DNA of 64,000 bases from an uncultured Methanosarcinales archaeon (lineage in GTDB: Archaea > Nanobdellota > Nanobdellia > Woesearchaeales > GW2011-AR9). The stretch lies in the NCBI GenBank assembly GCA_964552945.1, contig CAZKIP010000004.1:25794-89793 (forward strand). The letters run 5' to 3'. Made by a program: the position numbers and the translations under genes. Positions 27,984-36,383 of the stretch are shown here, one piece after another. Under the pieces are notes generated by a model. That model saw only the letters and a program-made list of their open reading frames with translations, was not told the origin of the DNA and did not search any database. Each line of letters opens with the position of its first letter. Position 1 is the first letter of the stretch.

Positions 27984-28973
27984 ATGTTCAAAATTCCAAT
28001 AGCTGAAATTAAAGAAAAAATTGTTGCAAGCGGAAAGATTTCTGCAGAAGATTTAGAAAATAAAATAAAGTTTAAGATAAATGAATTGTCTGGATTGATT
28101 AGTGAAGAAGGGGCTGCGCACATCCTTGCCAACGAATTAGGTGTTGAGATTATTTCTAAAGAACAAGGAAAATTGAAAATCAAGGAAATATATAGCGGAA
28201 TGAAATCTGTAAATACTGTAGGAAAGGTAGTTACAAAATATGATGTAAGGGAGTTTTCAAAGGGAGATAAGCAAGGAAAAGTATGTTCGTTGGTTCTTGG
28301 AGATGAAACAGGGGTTGTAAGAGTAGTTTTTTGGAATGAACAGGTTGATCTTCTTAAAGATGTAAATGAAGGAGACATTATTTTAGTGAACGACGCTTAT
28401 GCTAGAGAGAATAATAATAATAGAGAAGTTCATTTGGGTCAAAGAGGAAGTATTGAAATTAACCCAGAAGGAGAAATTGTTGGAAATGTTAGACAATCTA
28501 CTGAGTTTGAAAGAAAAAATATCGGTGAATTGAAAGGTGGAGAATCAGCTGTAGAAGTTCTTGGAACAGTTGTCCAAGTTTTTGATCCTCGTTTTTTCTA
28601 TTTATGTCCTCAATGTAACAAGAGAGCTAATGAAGCAGAAGGTGGTTTTAAGTGTGATACACACGGAGTTGTTGAACCGGCACTTTCTTACGTATTAAAT
28701 TTAATAATGGATGATGGTTCGGCGAATATAAGAACTGTTTTCTGGAAAAAGCAAACCAATCATCTTTTGGATACGAATGAAGAAAAGATGGCCAAATATA
28801 AAGAAGATTTGGGTGGGTTTGACAATTTAAAAAACGATTTGTTAGGAGAACAATTCAAATTGTTGGGGAAGGTTGTTCAAAACCAGATGTTTGAAAGGTT
28901 AGAATTCAGTGTTCAGATGGTTGAAAAAGCTAAAGCTGAAGATGAGATTGCTAAGTTAGAAAAAACGGAATAG
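27984..28973 (+). CDS. rpa: Replication protein A / single-stranded DNA-binding protein (OB fold plus zinc ribbon)
   Basis: N-terminus IAEIKEKIVASGKISAEDLENKIKFKINELSGLISEEGAAHILANELGV is typical of archaeal RPA. CPQCNKRANEAEGGFKCDTHG is a C4 zinc ribbon. The tracked ORF starts at GTG 27975. Confidence 0.75.
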   Translation: MFKIPIAEIKEKIVASGKISAEDLENKIKFKINELSGLISEEGAAHILANELGVEIISKEQGKLKIKEIYSGMKSVNTVGKVVTKYDVREFSKGDKQGKVCSLVLGDETGVVRVVFWNEQVDLLKDVNEGDIILVNDAYARENNNNREVHLGQRGSIEINPEGEIVGNVRQSTEFERKNIGELKGGESAVEVLGTVVQVFDPRFFYLCPQCNKRANEAEGGFKCDTHGVVEPALSYVLNLIMDDGSANIRTVFWKKQTNHLLDTNEEKMAKYKEDLGGFDNLKNDLLGEQFKLLGKVVQNQMFERLEFSVQMVEKAKAEDEIAKLEKTE

Positions 28974-29004
28974 ATTTATAAATTCATTTTTTATTTCTTA
29001 AATA

Positions 29005-29460
29005 ATGTTATTTCATACACATATTTTGTTGGGAGTAGTAGTTTTTTTGCTAATAAAAGATTTTTTTCATGGAGGAAATCAAATTATTTTTTTCTTTTTA
29101 GTTCTGCTTGGGAGCATCCTTCCAGATATTGATGAAAGAAAAAGTAAAATTAATAGGTGGAGTGGAATTTTAGGGATAGTAATTGCTTTTTTCTTTAAGC
29201 ACAGAGGATTGTTCCATTCTATTTTGTTTCATTTGGGAATTTTTTTCATTATTTATCATTTTTTTAATTTATATTATGCGTCAGGTCTGTTTATTGGATA
29301 CTTGGCGCATGTTTTGGGAGATGGTGTAACTTTAATGGGGCTATCTTTGTTTTATCCCTTTTCAAATTTTAAAGTTAAGGGGCCGATTAAAGTAGGCGGA
29401 TTTCTTGAAAGCATTATCTTAGTTGTTCTTTTTGTTTTAATAGTTTGGCAATTTGTTTAA
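29005..29460 (+). CDS. Membrane-bound metal-dependent hydrolase family protein (DUF457/YdjM-like)
   Basis: 151 aa, multi-TM, with conserved His/Asp (LPDIDE, GLFHS, HVLGDG). Confidence 0.5.
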   Translation: MLFHTHILLGVVVFLLIKDFFHGGNQIIFFFLVLLGSILPDIDERKSKINRWSGILGIVIAFFFKHRGLFHSILFHLGIFFIIYHFFNLYYASGLFIGYLAHVLGDGVTLMGLSLFYPFSNFKVKGPIKVGGFLESIILVVLFVLIVWQFV

Positions 29461-29580
29461 TATCACCTAAAGATTTATATACAAGGATTTTCTCTGAAAG
29501 CTAGTTAATCTAAATAATACGAGGACGGAAAATGCCTAAATAATTCGCATTTTTGGTATTGCTTAGAAAGGAGGAATAAA

Positions 29581-29991
29581 ATGGAAGGAACAGTAAGATG
29601 GTTTAATATTAGGAAAGGATATGGTTTTGTTAAAGGAGACGACGAACAAGATTATTTTGTTCATTACACCGCAGTACCTGAAGGTAAAACTTTACGTGAA
29701 AATGATCGTGTAAGTTTTGAAGCGTCAGATACTGAACGTGGTAAGCAAGCTCAGAACATTCAACTTTTAGGTAAGAGTGCACCTGCAGAAGAAACTCCAG
29801 CTGAAGAAGCACCTGCAGAGGAAGCTCCAGCAGAAGAGGCACCTGCAGAGGAAGCTCCAGCTGAAGAGGCACCTGCAGAAGAGGCACCAGCAGAAGAGGC
29901 ACCTGCAGAGGAAACTCCAGCAGAGGAAACTCCAGCAGAAGAAGCTCCAGCAGAAGAACCTGCCGCTGAAGAGGAGAAAAAAGAAGAATAA
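29581..29991 (+). CDS. csp: Cold-shock domain protein with a C-terminal (E-E-A-P-A) tandem-repeat tail
   Basis: MEGTVRWFNIRKGYGFVKGDDEQDYFVHYTAV matches the CspA RNP1/RNP2 motifs (KGYGFI, VFVHF). ~15 x APAEE repeats. Upstream GGAGG SD with a long leader. Confidence 0.8.
   Translation: MEGTVRWFNIRKGYGFVKGDDEQDYFVHYTAVPEGKTLRENDRVSFEASDTERGKQAQNIQLLGKSAPAEETPAEEAPAEEAPAEEAPAEEAPAEEAPAEEAPAEEAPAEETPAEETPAEEAPAEEPAAEEEKKEE
29780..29960 (+). repeat. 15-bp in-frame tandem repeat (gaagcacctgcagag variants, ~12 copies) encoding the (EEAPA)n tail
   Basis: Repeat is directly visible in the sequence. It generates spurious ORFs in the other frames (29630..29902 minus, 29777..30061 plus). Confidence 0.85.
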
Positions 29992-30015
29992 TTTTTCTTT
30001 CTTTATTTTTTATTT
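29992..30015. terminator. T-rich intergenic stretch between the convergent csp and trmB-like genes; candidate oligo-T archaeal terminator
   Basis: tttttctttctttattttttatttttatttc. Confidence 0.3.
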
Positions 30016-30744
30016 TTATTTCTTAGAGAATTCCCAAATGAAGTTGAACATCTGTCGATAAGTGTCTGCCAGGACCTTGTTTTCTATAACTATTGCCATG
30101 ATATTGCCTTCTAGAGGTAGAAGGTTAACTACCAAATTTCCACAGATGTCAATCATTCCTATGGTTTTAAATTTGTCTGGGATAAACCTTATTTGAGTTG
30201 TTTTATCTTGCCATCGCTTTAATTTGTCTTTTCTTGTAAATTCATAATACAAGACTTTCATCTTAATCTTTTGTTTTAATCTTTCCTTATTCCAAAGCTG
30301 ATGTCGGTGTTTGAGATATTTTCTATTTAGCCCAGATCCACCAAGCCCATAAACCACTGCTTTTTGTTCTAACATCATAAAATAAGCCCTCATAACTCCT
30401 TCTGGACCAAAGAATTGGTAAACCTGTTGTTTTTCTTTTTTGAGATTAAATTCCTGATTAAGTTGGGGCATTACTTGGTTCAAGACTTCTGCTTTTTGTT
30501 CTAATAATTTACTCAATTGATGAGGGTTAGCAACACGAAAGATCTTTTTAGTACCTTCCATAATGGAACTAATTAATCCTTTCTCTCTCAATCTTTCTAA
30601 TACATCATATACATTAACTCTGTGAACTCTTGATTTACGTGAGAGTTCTACTGCGGTAGCTTGATGTAGTTCTAATAAAGCGAGGTAAACTTTACTTTCG
30701 TTCTTAGTTAGCCCAGATTGGATGAGTGCTTCTTCTTTTTTCAT
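30016..30744 (-). CDS. TrmB family transcriptional regulator
   Basis: QSGLTKNESKVYLALLELHQATAVELSRKSRVHRVNVYDVLERLREKGLIS is the TrmB N-terminal HTH. The C-terminal region resembles the TrmB effector domain. Confidence 0.7.
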   Translation of the reverse strand: MKKEEALIQSGLTKNESKVYLALLELHQATAVELSRKSRVHRVNVYDVLERLREKGLISSIMEGTKKIFRVANPHQLSKLLEQKAEVLNQVMPQLNQEFNLKKEKQQVYQFFGPEGVMRAYFMMLEQKAVVYGLGGSGLNRKYLKHRHQLWNKERLKQKIKMKVLYYEFTRKDKLKRWQDKTTQIRFIPDKFKTIGMIDICGNLVVNLLPLEGNIMAIVIENKVLADTYRQMFNFIWEFSKK

Positions 30745-30958
30745 ATTGTTGTTAATTGTTAGGGGATATTTAAGTCTTTCTTTTTGTAGTAATAGATGTT
30801 ACTACATTTATTTAAGTACTCTCTGGTGTATTGACTAACTAGTAGTGATTTGGAGAACTGCAATTGGATTATCCATTACTTGAAATAGCAAATTATCAAA
30901 AAAGGGATAAGTATTGGAATGAACAGAAATTAGATAAAAATATGATGGAGAATAAAGA

Positions 30959-31225
30959 ATGAAAATAAACAAGAAAACGATAGCAACATTGGCTCTTGCT
31001 TTGATAGTAGGATGTGGAAATTCAAATAAAATTGCTGGAGAAATTACAGAATGCCAAAAAACACCTGAGCATTACATTAGTACAATGGTAACAAAAGGTT
31101 ATAATGGAATCAAAGTCCAAAGACCTGGAAAAGTTATAAAGATTCAAAGCGAAAATCCTTTAAAATTGGGAAATCAAAAGGTATATTGTAGTAAATTAAC
31201 TGAGGATTATTGTCTGAAAAAATAG
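30959..31225 (+). CDS. Small secreted protein / putative lipoprotein
   Basis: MKINKKTIATLALALIVGCGNS has a lipobox-like IVGC. Confidence 0.45.
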   Translation: MKINKKTIATLALALIVGCGNSNKIAGEITECQKTPEHYISTMVTKGYNGIKVQRPGKVIKIQSENPLKLGNQKVYCSKLTEDYCLKK

Positions 31226-31260
31226 ATAAGAAATAAAAAGACCAAAGCATTCATAATGCT

Positions 31261-32730
31261 ATGGAGCTTGATTCAAAACTTATTCAAAAAAAACTTTCTA
31301 AGATAAAAGGGTTCACTTTTTACAAACAGCGATTTGACGCATGTCCACATTTCATGTTTTTTTTGGGTGATGCGCATGCTTCAGATACAAATAAAAGCAA
31401 GTATCCCCTTGGACAAAGAATAACATGCGCCTATTTCTTACAAAATAAAGCTGATTGGCTTCACCCATACAGCGAATTAGAATATACTTCTAAAAAGATT
31501 CAACATTTGGCTAAATCAAACTCAAACATAGCAGAAAAGATGATTAAAGAGTTTAAACCATGGGAGATTAAATTCTATGAATTATGTAAAAAAATAGATA
31601 AAACTAACCTAAAAAAATTAGATAACAATAGGTTAATTGAGTTATATAAAGGGTTAGCAGAGATATATCTCAAAAAACTAAACCCTTCTCCATTAATCGA
31701 TGGTTTTGCTTTATCTACGGATATAGTATTGGCTAGTAAGTTAGAACTATTTTTAAAAAAGAGAGGAGAATTAAATAGATTTGTGCCATATTTTGAAACT
31801 CTTACTTCTCCAACTTTTCTTTCTTTTCTACAACAGGAAGAAGCTGATTTTTTCAAATTGATTACCAAAGGATCAAAAATCAACTCATTAAAGAAACATC
31901 AGCAGAAATATTTTTGGATTCAAAACAATTATGTTAAGGATAAAGTATTAAGTTTGAGTTTCTTTAATTCAAAATTGAAGAAGTATAAAAAAATTGATTC
32001 TCGGAAAAGGATTAAAGAATTAAAAGAGTTAGCTAGCAGAAATAAGAAGAAGAAAAACAGATTAATTAAGAAAATAGGTTTAACAAAAGAAATAATCACT
32101 CTTCTTAAAATAACTGATAAATTTAGTTATTGGCAAGATGAGCGGAAGAAAGGAACGTTCTGGGCAACACATTATTTTAGTTTATTATTAAGAGAGATTT
32201 CTAAAAGAACTAAATATACCTTAAGTGAGTTAAAATATGCAATTCCTCCTGAAATGAGTATGGTAATGGAAAATAAAATTGAAAAAAAAACATTACAGAA
32301 AAGATACAAGGGCTGTTTAATAATCTGGCAAAAAGACAAATTTGACATTACTACAAATCAGAGAGTCATAAAATCTATTCTAAACAAAAAAAGCGAGCCA
32401 ATAGAAAAAGAAATCAGAGGAATGAGTGTTTCTTTAGGGAAGGCTACTGGTCCAGTAAAAATTGTGAAAAGTGTTGAAGAAATTTCTAAAGTAAAAAAGG
32501 GAGATATCCTAGTGGCTATAATGACAAGACCTGATTATGTAATGGCGATGGAGAAAGCCGTTGGTTTTATTACTGAAGAAGGTGGTTTAACATGCCATGC
32601 TGCAATAGTTGCACGCGAATTAGGAGTTCCTTGTATTGTTGGTACGAGAATCGCTACACAAGTTTTGAAAGATGGAGATATTGTGGAATTAGATGCGAAT
32701 CATGGAGTTATTAGAAAAATAAAATCTTAA
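31261..32730 (+). CDS. Protein with a C-terminal PEP-utilising-enzyme mobile (phosphohistidine swivel) domain and an uncharacterised Lys-rich N-terminal region
   Basis: C-terminus GKATGPVKIVKSVEEISKVKKGDILVAIMTRPDYVMAMEKAVGFITEEGGLTCHAAIVARELGVPCIVGT is highly similar to the same segment of PpsA (37984..40284), including the catalytic TCHAAIV. Confidence 0.6.
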   Translation: MELDSKLIQKKLSKIKGFTFYKQRFDACPHFMFFLGDAHASDTNKSKYPLGQRITCAYFLQNKADWLHPYSELEYTSKKIQHLAKSNSNIAEKMIKEFKPWEIKFYELCKKIDKTNLKKLDNNRLIELYKGLAEIYLKKLNPSPLIDGFALSTDIVLASKLELFLKKRGELNRFVPYFETLTSPTFLSFLQQEEADFFKLITKGSKINSLKKHQQKYFWIQNNYVKDKVLSLSFFNSKLKKYKKIDSRKRIKELKELASRNKKKKNRLIKKIGLTKEIITLLKITDKFSYWQDERKKGTFWATHYFSLLLREISKRTKYTLSELKYAIPPEMSMVMENKIEKKTLQKRYKGCLIIWQKDKFDITTNQRVIKSILNKKSEPIEKEIRGMSVSLGKATGPVKIVKSVEEISKVKKGDILVAIMTRPDYVMAMEKAVGFITEEGGLTCHAAIVARELGVPCIVGTRIATQVLKDGDIVELDANHGVIRKIKS

Positions 32731-32927
32731 TCACCCACTGGACACCTATTTTTTAAGCCTATTTTCTCATAAAAAAGAAGCCACTCCCGCACTGGTCAAC
32801 CACGGATAGCGCTTATAAATCGCTTCTTCTATTATACAATTGTGGTTGAAAACGGCCACGTGCCTCTCAAGCGGCCAATTTTTTGTTGCTTGATGAAATA
32901 AAAAGCGAAAAGCAAGAGGTGATATAT

Positions 32928-33233
32928 ATGGCACAAAAAGTAGTAACAAAAATGAAGGAGATTCCTGAAGAGATTTTAGGAAACTTCCCTGAAAAAAAGT
33001 TTAGAGCAGGAGCGATTTCTGCTACGGTATGGTTGAATAAAGGCCATAAAGCAAATGGTGAGGAAACCGAGTATAAAACTATTTCTTTAGAAAGAAGTTA
33101 TACAGATAAGGAGGGAAAGTGGCATAGTACCAACTCTTTTCGAATAAATGATTTGCCAAAAGCGAATGTGGTCTTGAAAAAGGCTTACGAATATCTTGTT
33201 TTAAATCAACAAGATTTGTTTAGTGGTGCGTAA
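32928..33233 (+). CDS. Hypothetical protein (101 aa)
   Basis: The tracked ORF starts at TTG 32883. The ATG at 32928 is preceded by a gaggtga SD. No recognisable domain. Confidence 0.4.
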   Translation: MAQKVVTKMKEIPEEILGNFPEKKFRAGAISATVWLNKGHKANGEETEYKTISLERSYTDKEGKWHSTNSFRINDLPKANVVLKKAYEYLVLNQQDLFSGA

Positions 33234-33281
33234 GCACCCTTTTTTTAATACACAAAAAATAAAAACATAGAGGTAAATAAA

Positions 33282-34328
33282 ATGACTGAAGCAGAATTAC
33301 AATTGGAAGTTAAGATGGAAGAACCAACAAAAAAAAATCAAGAAGTAAAACAAAAAGCTAAGGAAGTAGTTTCTGAACCAAAGCAGAAAGAAACAAAGCA
33401 AAAAATTCAAGACCTTCCTGGGGTTGGAGCAGCAACTGCAGAGAAATTAGAAGGGGCAGGTTATCATGACATGATGTCTATAGCTGTGGCTACAATTGGA
33501 GAATTATGTGAAACTGCAGGAGTTTCTGAATCTGTGGCAAGAAAAATGATCAATGCGGCTCGTGACAACATGAAAATGGGTTTCGAATCCGGAATGGATA
33601 TTTTACGTAAGAGACAATTGGTAAATAAGATTTCCACCACCAGCGAAAATTTTAACAACTTAATGGGCGGAGGATTTGAAACAGGTGCTTTAACTGAATG
33701 TTTTGGAGAGTTTGGTTCCGGTAAGACCCAAATTGGCCATTTCTTAGCTGTAAGTGTATTGAAAGATTATCCTTCTTCAGTAATGGTTTATATTGATACT
33801 GAAAATACTTTCCGTCCTGAGAGAATTCGACAAATTGCAGAAGGAGCGGACCTAGATGCTGACGAAATTTTAAGTAGAATAATGGTAGCAAAGGTTTACA
33901 ACACAGACCATCAAATGTTGTTAGCGGAGAAAGTTGAAAGTTTAATAACCCAAGATAATAAAGATGTTAAATTGGTTGTAGTTGATTCTTTGACTTCTCA
34001 TTTTAGAGCAGAATTCATTGGAAGAGGAACTTTAGCAGAAAGGCAGCAGAAATTAAACCGGCATATGCACACTCTTTCTAAAATTGCTAACACCCACAAT
34101 GTTTGTGTTTATGTAACAAATCAAGTTATGGCTAAGCCTGACCAATTTTTTGGTGATCCTACAACTTCTATAGGCGGACATATCGTGGCACACGCATCTA
34201 CTTTTAGAATTTATCTTAGAAAAGGTCGGAAAGGAACAAGGGTTGCTAAGCTGATAGATGCTCCAAATCTTGCGGATGGAGAATGTTGCTTTGAAGTTAC
34301 TGAAACCAATTTAAAGGATATCAATTAA
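33282..34328 (+). CDS. radA: DNA repair and recombination protein RadA
   Basis: N-terminal HhH (DLPGVGAATAEKLEGAGY). Walker A GEFGSGKTQ. RecA/Rad51-core motifs (VVVDSLTSHFRAEF, GGHIVAHAST). Confidence 0.9.
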   Translation: MTEAELQLEVKMEEPTKKNQEVKQKAKEVVSEPKQKETKQKIQDLPGVGAATAEKLEGAGYHDMMSIAVATIGELCETAGVSESVARKMINAARDNMKMGFESGMDILRKRQLVNKISTTSENFNNLMGGGFETGALTECFGEFGSGKTQIGHFLAVSVLKDYPSSVMVYIDTENTFRPERIRQIAEGADLDADEILSRIMVAKVYNTDHQMLLAEKVESLITQDNKDVKLVVVDSLTSHFRAEFIGRGTLAERQQKLNRHMHTLSKIANTHNVCVYVTNQVMAKPDQFFGDPTTSIGGHIVAHASTFRIYLRKGRKGTRVAKLIDAPNLADGECCFEVTETNLKDIN

Positions 34329-34372
34329 CTTTTTTCTTTATTTTTTTCTTATTTTTCTTTTTTTTCCATAAC
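34329..34372 (+). terminator. Long T-rich tract downstream of radA; candidate archaeal terminator
   Basis: cttttttctttatttttttcttatttttcttttttttcc. Confidence 0.35.
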
Positions 34373-34403
34373 CTTTTAATAAAATAAGCCTAATTTTATA
34401 TTA

Positions 34404-35402
34404 ATGGCTTTATATTCTAAAGCAGATTTTGAACAAGCAAAAGAAGAAGGAAGACTGGTAATAGAAAATGGTTTAGACTTTGGTGCGTTTTCTTTAGATC
34501 TTAGAGTTGGAAAATTGTTTAGGAAAATCAGAGGCAGAGATGGAAACCATCAAATGAGTACTGAAGAGTTCTTGGCAAAATGTGCTGAAGAAGTATCCCT
34601 TGAAGGAGATGGAGCAGTGTTACCTCCAGGAGCGTTGTTCTATTGGCAAGCAATGGAAAGAATAAAAACCCAGGGATTACAAGGAGAAATTACATCTAGA
34701 AGTGGCTGGGCAAGGTTATCAACAAGATCAGAATCGATTGAAGATAGCTTTCGTCAACGAGGAGATTATGAGGGAAATCCACTAAGTGTCATTCTTTCTA
34801 GAGGAGCTCAAGTTAGAGTTAAAAAAGGAGATGCAGTTGCTCAACTATTTCTTCAAGATGATGCATATCCCTTTACTATACCAGGTGAAATAAATTTATT
34901 ATTAGATAAAAGAGAATTAATTGTTGAAAGGAGTGGCGAACCATCGGCAGATATTGTATATGACGAAATTCCTTTAACAATGGGCCCAGAAATTTGGATT
35001 TATGAGGGTGGAGTTTTAGAACCAGGAAAATCCTGGGAACAAAGTTTTAGAAAAGTTTCTTTAGAATCTGGAAAAATGTATTTACCGGAAGGGACTTTTT
35101 TTATCTCTTCAAGTGCAGAAATAGTTAGTATTCCTCCCGGATATGTTGGACATGTAAACGAATCTGCTTATCGAGGAGATTCTATCTTTACTACACATGC
35201 CAATGCGCCTTATGTTGGACCAAAAACTGTTTTTAATGGAAAAATAACTTTTGAAAATACAATGATGAATGGTGGAGGTAATGTAGGAGTAGGAGTAGAA
35301 CAATCAAGATTATCTTTGCGAAGACTAAAAACTCCTATTATAAAAGGAAAAAAATCCAGTTATGATGGTCAAAAAGGAGCCACTTTAAGCAGGTTATCTT
35401 AA
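34404..35402 (+). CDS. dcd: dCTP deaminase/dUTPase-superfamily protein with a ~140-aa C-terminal extension
   Basis: FSLDLRVGKLF and LPPGALFYWQAMERIK...GEITSRSGWARL match the dcd motifs SxDLRLG and GRSSLARLG. 332 aa, versus ~190 typical. Confidence 0.55.
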   Translation: MALYSKADFEQAKEEGRLVIENGLDFGAFSLDLRVGKLFRKIRGRDGNHQMSTEEFLAKCAEEVSLEGDGAVLPPGALFYWQAMERIKTQGLQGEITSRSGWARLSTRSESIEDSFRQRGDYEGNPLSVILSRGAQVRVKKGDAVAQLFLQDDAYPFTIPGEINLLLDKRELIVERSGEPSADIVYDEIPLTMGPEIWIYEGGVLEPGKSWEQSFRKVSLESGKMYLPEGTFFISSSAEIVSIPPGYVGHVNESAYRGDSIFTTHANAPYVGPKTVFNGKITFENTMMNGGGNVGVGVEQSRLSLRRLKTPIIKGKKSSYDGQKGATLSRLS

Positions 35403-35523
35403 TACTATATGCAAAACATTTAAATATAATATCCACATATTTAAAGTAAAGTTAATGATTAAAAAAACCTATGAAAAAATCTAATTCTTGTTTAAACGTA
35501 GAACTACTTGGAGGTATAAATAA

Positions 35524-35850
35524 ATGAATGAAGAAGCACCAGTAAAAATGGGAGAAACGCATGACGTATTTATTAATGCAGTTGGTGGAAAAGGTGACGG
35601 AATTGCTAAAGTTAAAGGTTTTGTTTTGTTTGTCCCAAATGTTAAAAAGGGAGATTATGTAAAAGTAAGAATAACTAAAGTTTTACCAAAAGTTGGTTTT
35701 GCAGAAGTGGTTGAAAAACTAGAGAAACCGGCAAGAAAGTCAAAATTTGCATCCATTTCTAAAGAAGAATTGGATAAGATGCATGAAGAACCTGAAGAAC
35801 ACCATGACGATACAGATGATTTTGGTGCAGATTTAGATGATGAAGACTAA
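35524..35850 (+). CDS. TRAM-domain RNA-binding protein with an acidic tail
   Basis: GETHDVFINAVGGKGDGIAKVKGFVLFVPNVKKGDYVKVRITKVLPKVGFAEVVE fits a TRAM domain. Upstream SD is ggaggt. Confidence 0.65.
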   Translation: MNEEAPVKMGETHDVFINAVGGKGDGIAKVKGFVLFVPNVKKGDYVKVRITKVLPKVGFAEVVEKLEKPARKSKFASISKEELDKMHEEPEEHHDDTDDFGADLDDED

Positions 35851-36382
35851 AAGGATATTTGTAGGAATACCCCTCACCTCAGAAGTTAAAGAGGGGATTA
35901 AATTTATTTATGATGAAATTCTAGATACTGAAGGAGATTTTTCTTTTGTTCCTCTAAAAGGCCTTCATTTCACACTAAAATTTTTGGGAGATGTTGAAAA
36001 AGAAAAAATTACTGAAATAAAACAAACATTATCTTCTGTTAAATTAAATAAATTTTTTGTGAATTTATCTGGCATGGGCGCGTTCCCTTCTTTAGAACAT
36101 ATTAAAGTAATTTGGATTGGTTGCGAGAAGTTAACGGAGCTAATGAAAGAAATAAATTCTCTTCTATCTTATGTAAAAAAGAATGATTATGAAGAAAAAC
36201 CTCACCTAACTTTAGCTAGAGTAAAATCGGCAAAAAATAAAGAATTAATCAAGAAACTTATTGAAAATTACAAAAATAAAGACTTTGGTAATATGGAAAT
36301 AAATAAGATTGTTCTTTATGAAAGTATCCTTACTTCTGAAGGACCAATATATTCTGTATTAGAAGAGTTTCCTCTTAGTTAA
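35837..36382 (+). CDS. thpR: RNA 2',3'-cyclic phosphodiesterase / 2'-5' RNA ligase (2H phosphoesterase, ThpR/LigT)
   Basis: Two H-x-T-x motifs: HFTLKFLG and HLTLARV. Confidence 0.7.
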   Translation: MMKTKRIFVGIPLTSEVKEGIKFIYDEILDTEGDFSFVPLKGLHFTLKFLGDVEKEKITEIKQTLSSVKLNKFFVNLSGMGAFPSLEHIKVIWIGCEKLTELMKEINSLLSYVKKNDYEEKPHLTLARVKSAKNKELIKKLIENYKNKDFGNMEINKIVLYESILTSEGPIYSVLEEFPLS

Positions 36383-36383
36383 T

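Noticed and set aside
29780-29960. Possible CRISPR array
   Set aside because: The units are 15 bp, contiguous, with no spacers, and in-frame coding. It is a simple coding tandem repeat.
29630-30061. ORFs 29630..29902 (minus) and 29777..30061 (plus) with LQ/KR-rich repeats
   Set aside because: They are alternative-frame readings of the 15-bp tandem repeat inside the csp gene. The csp frame has a clear CSD plus an SD.
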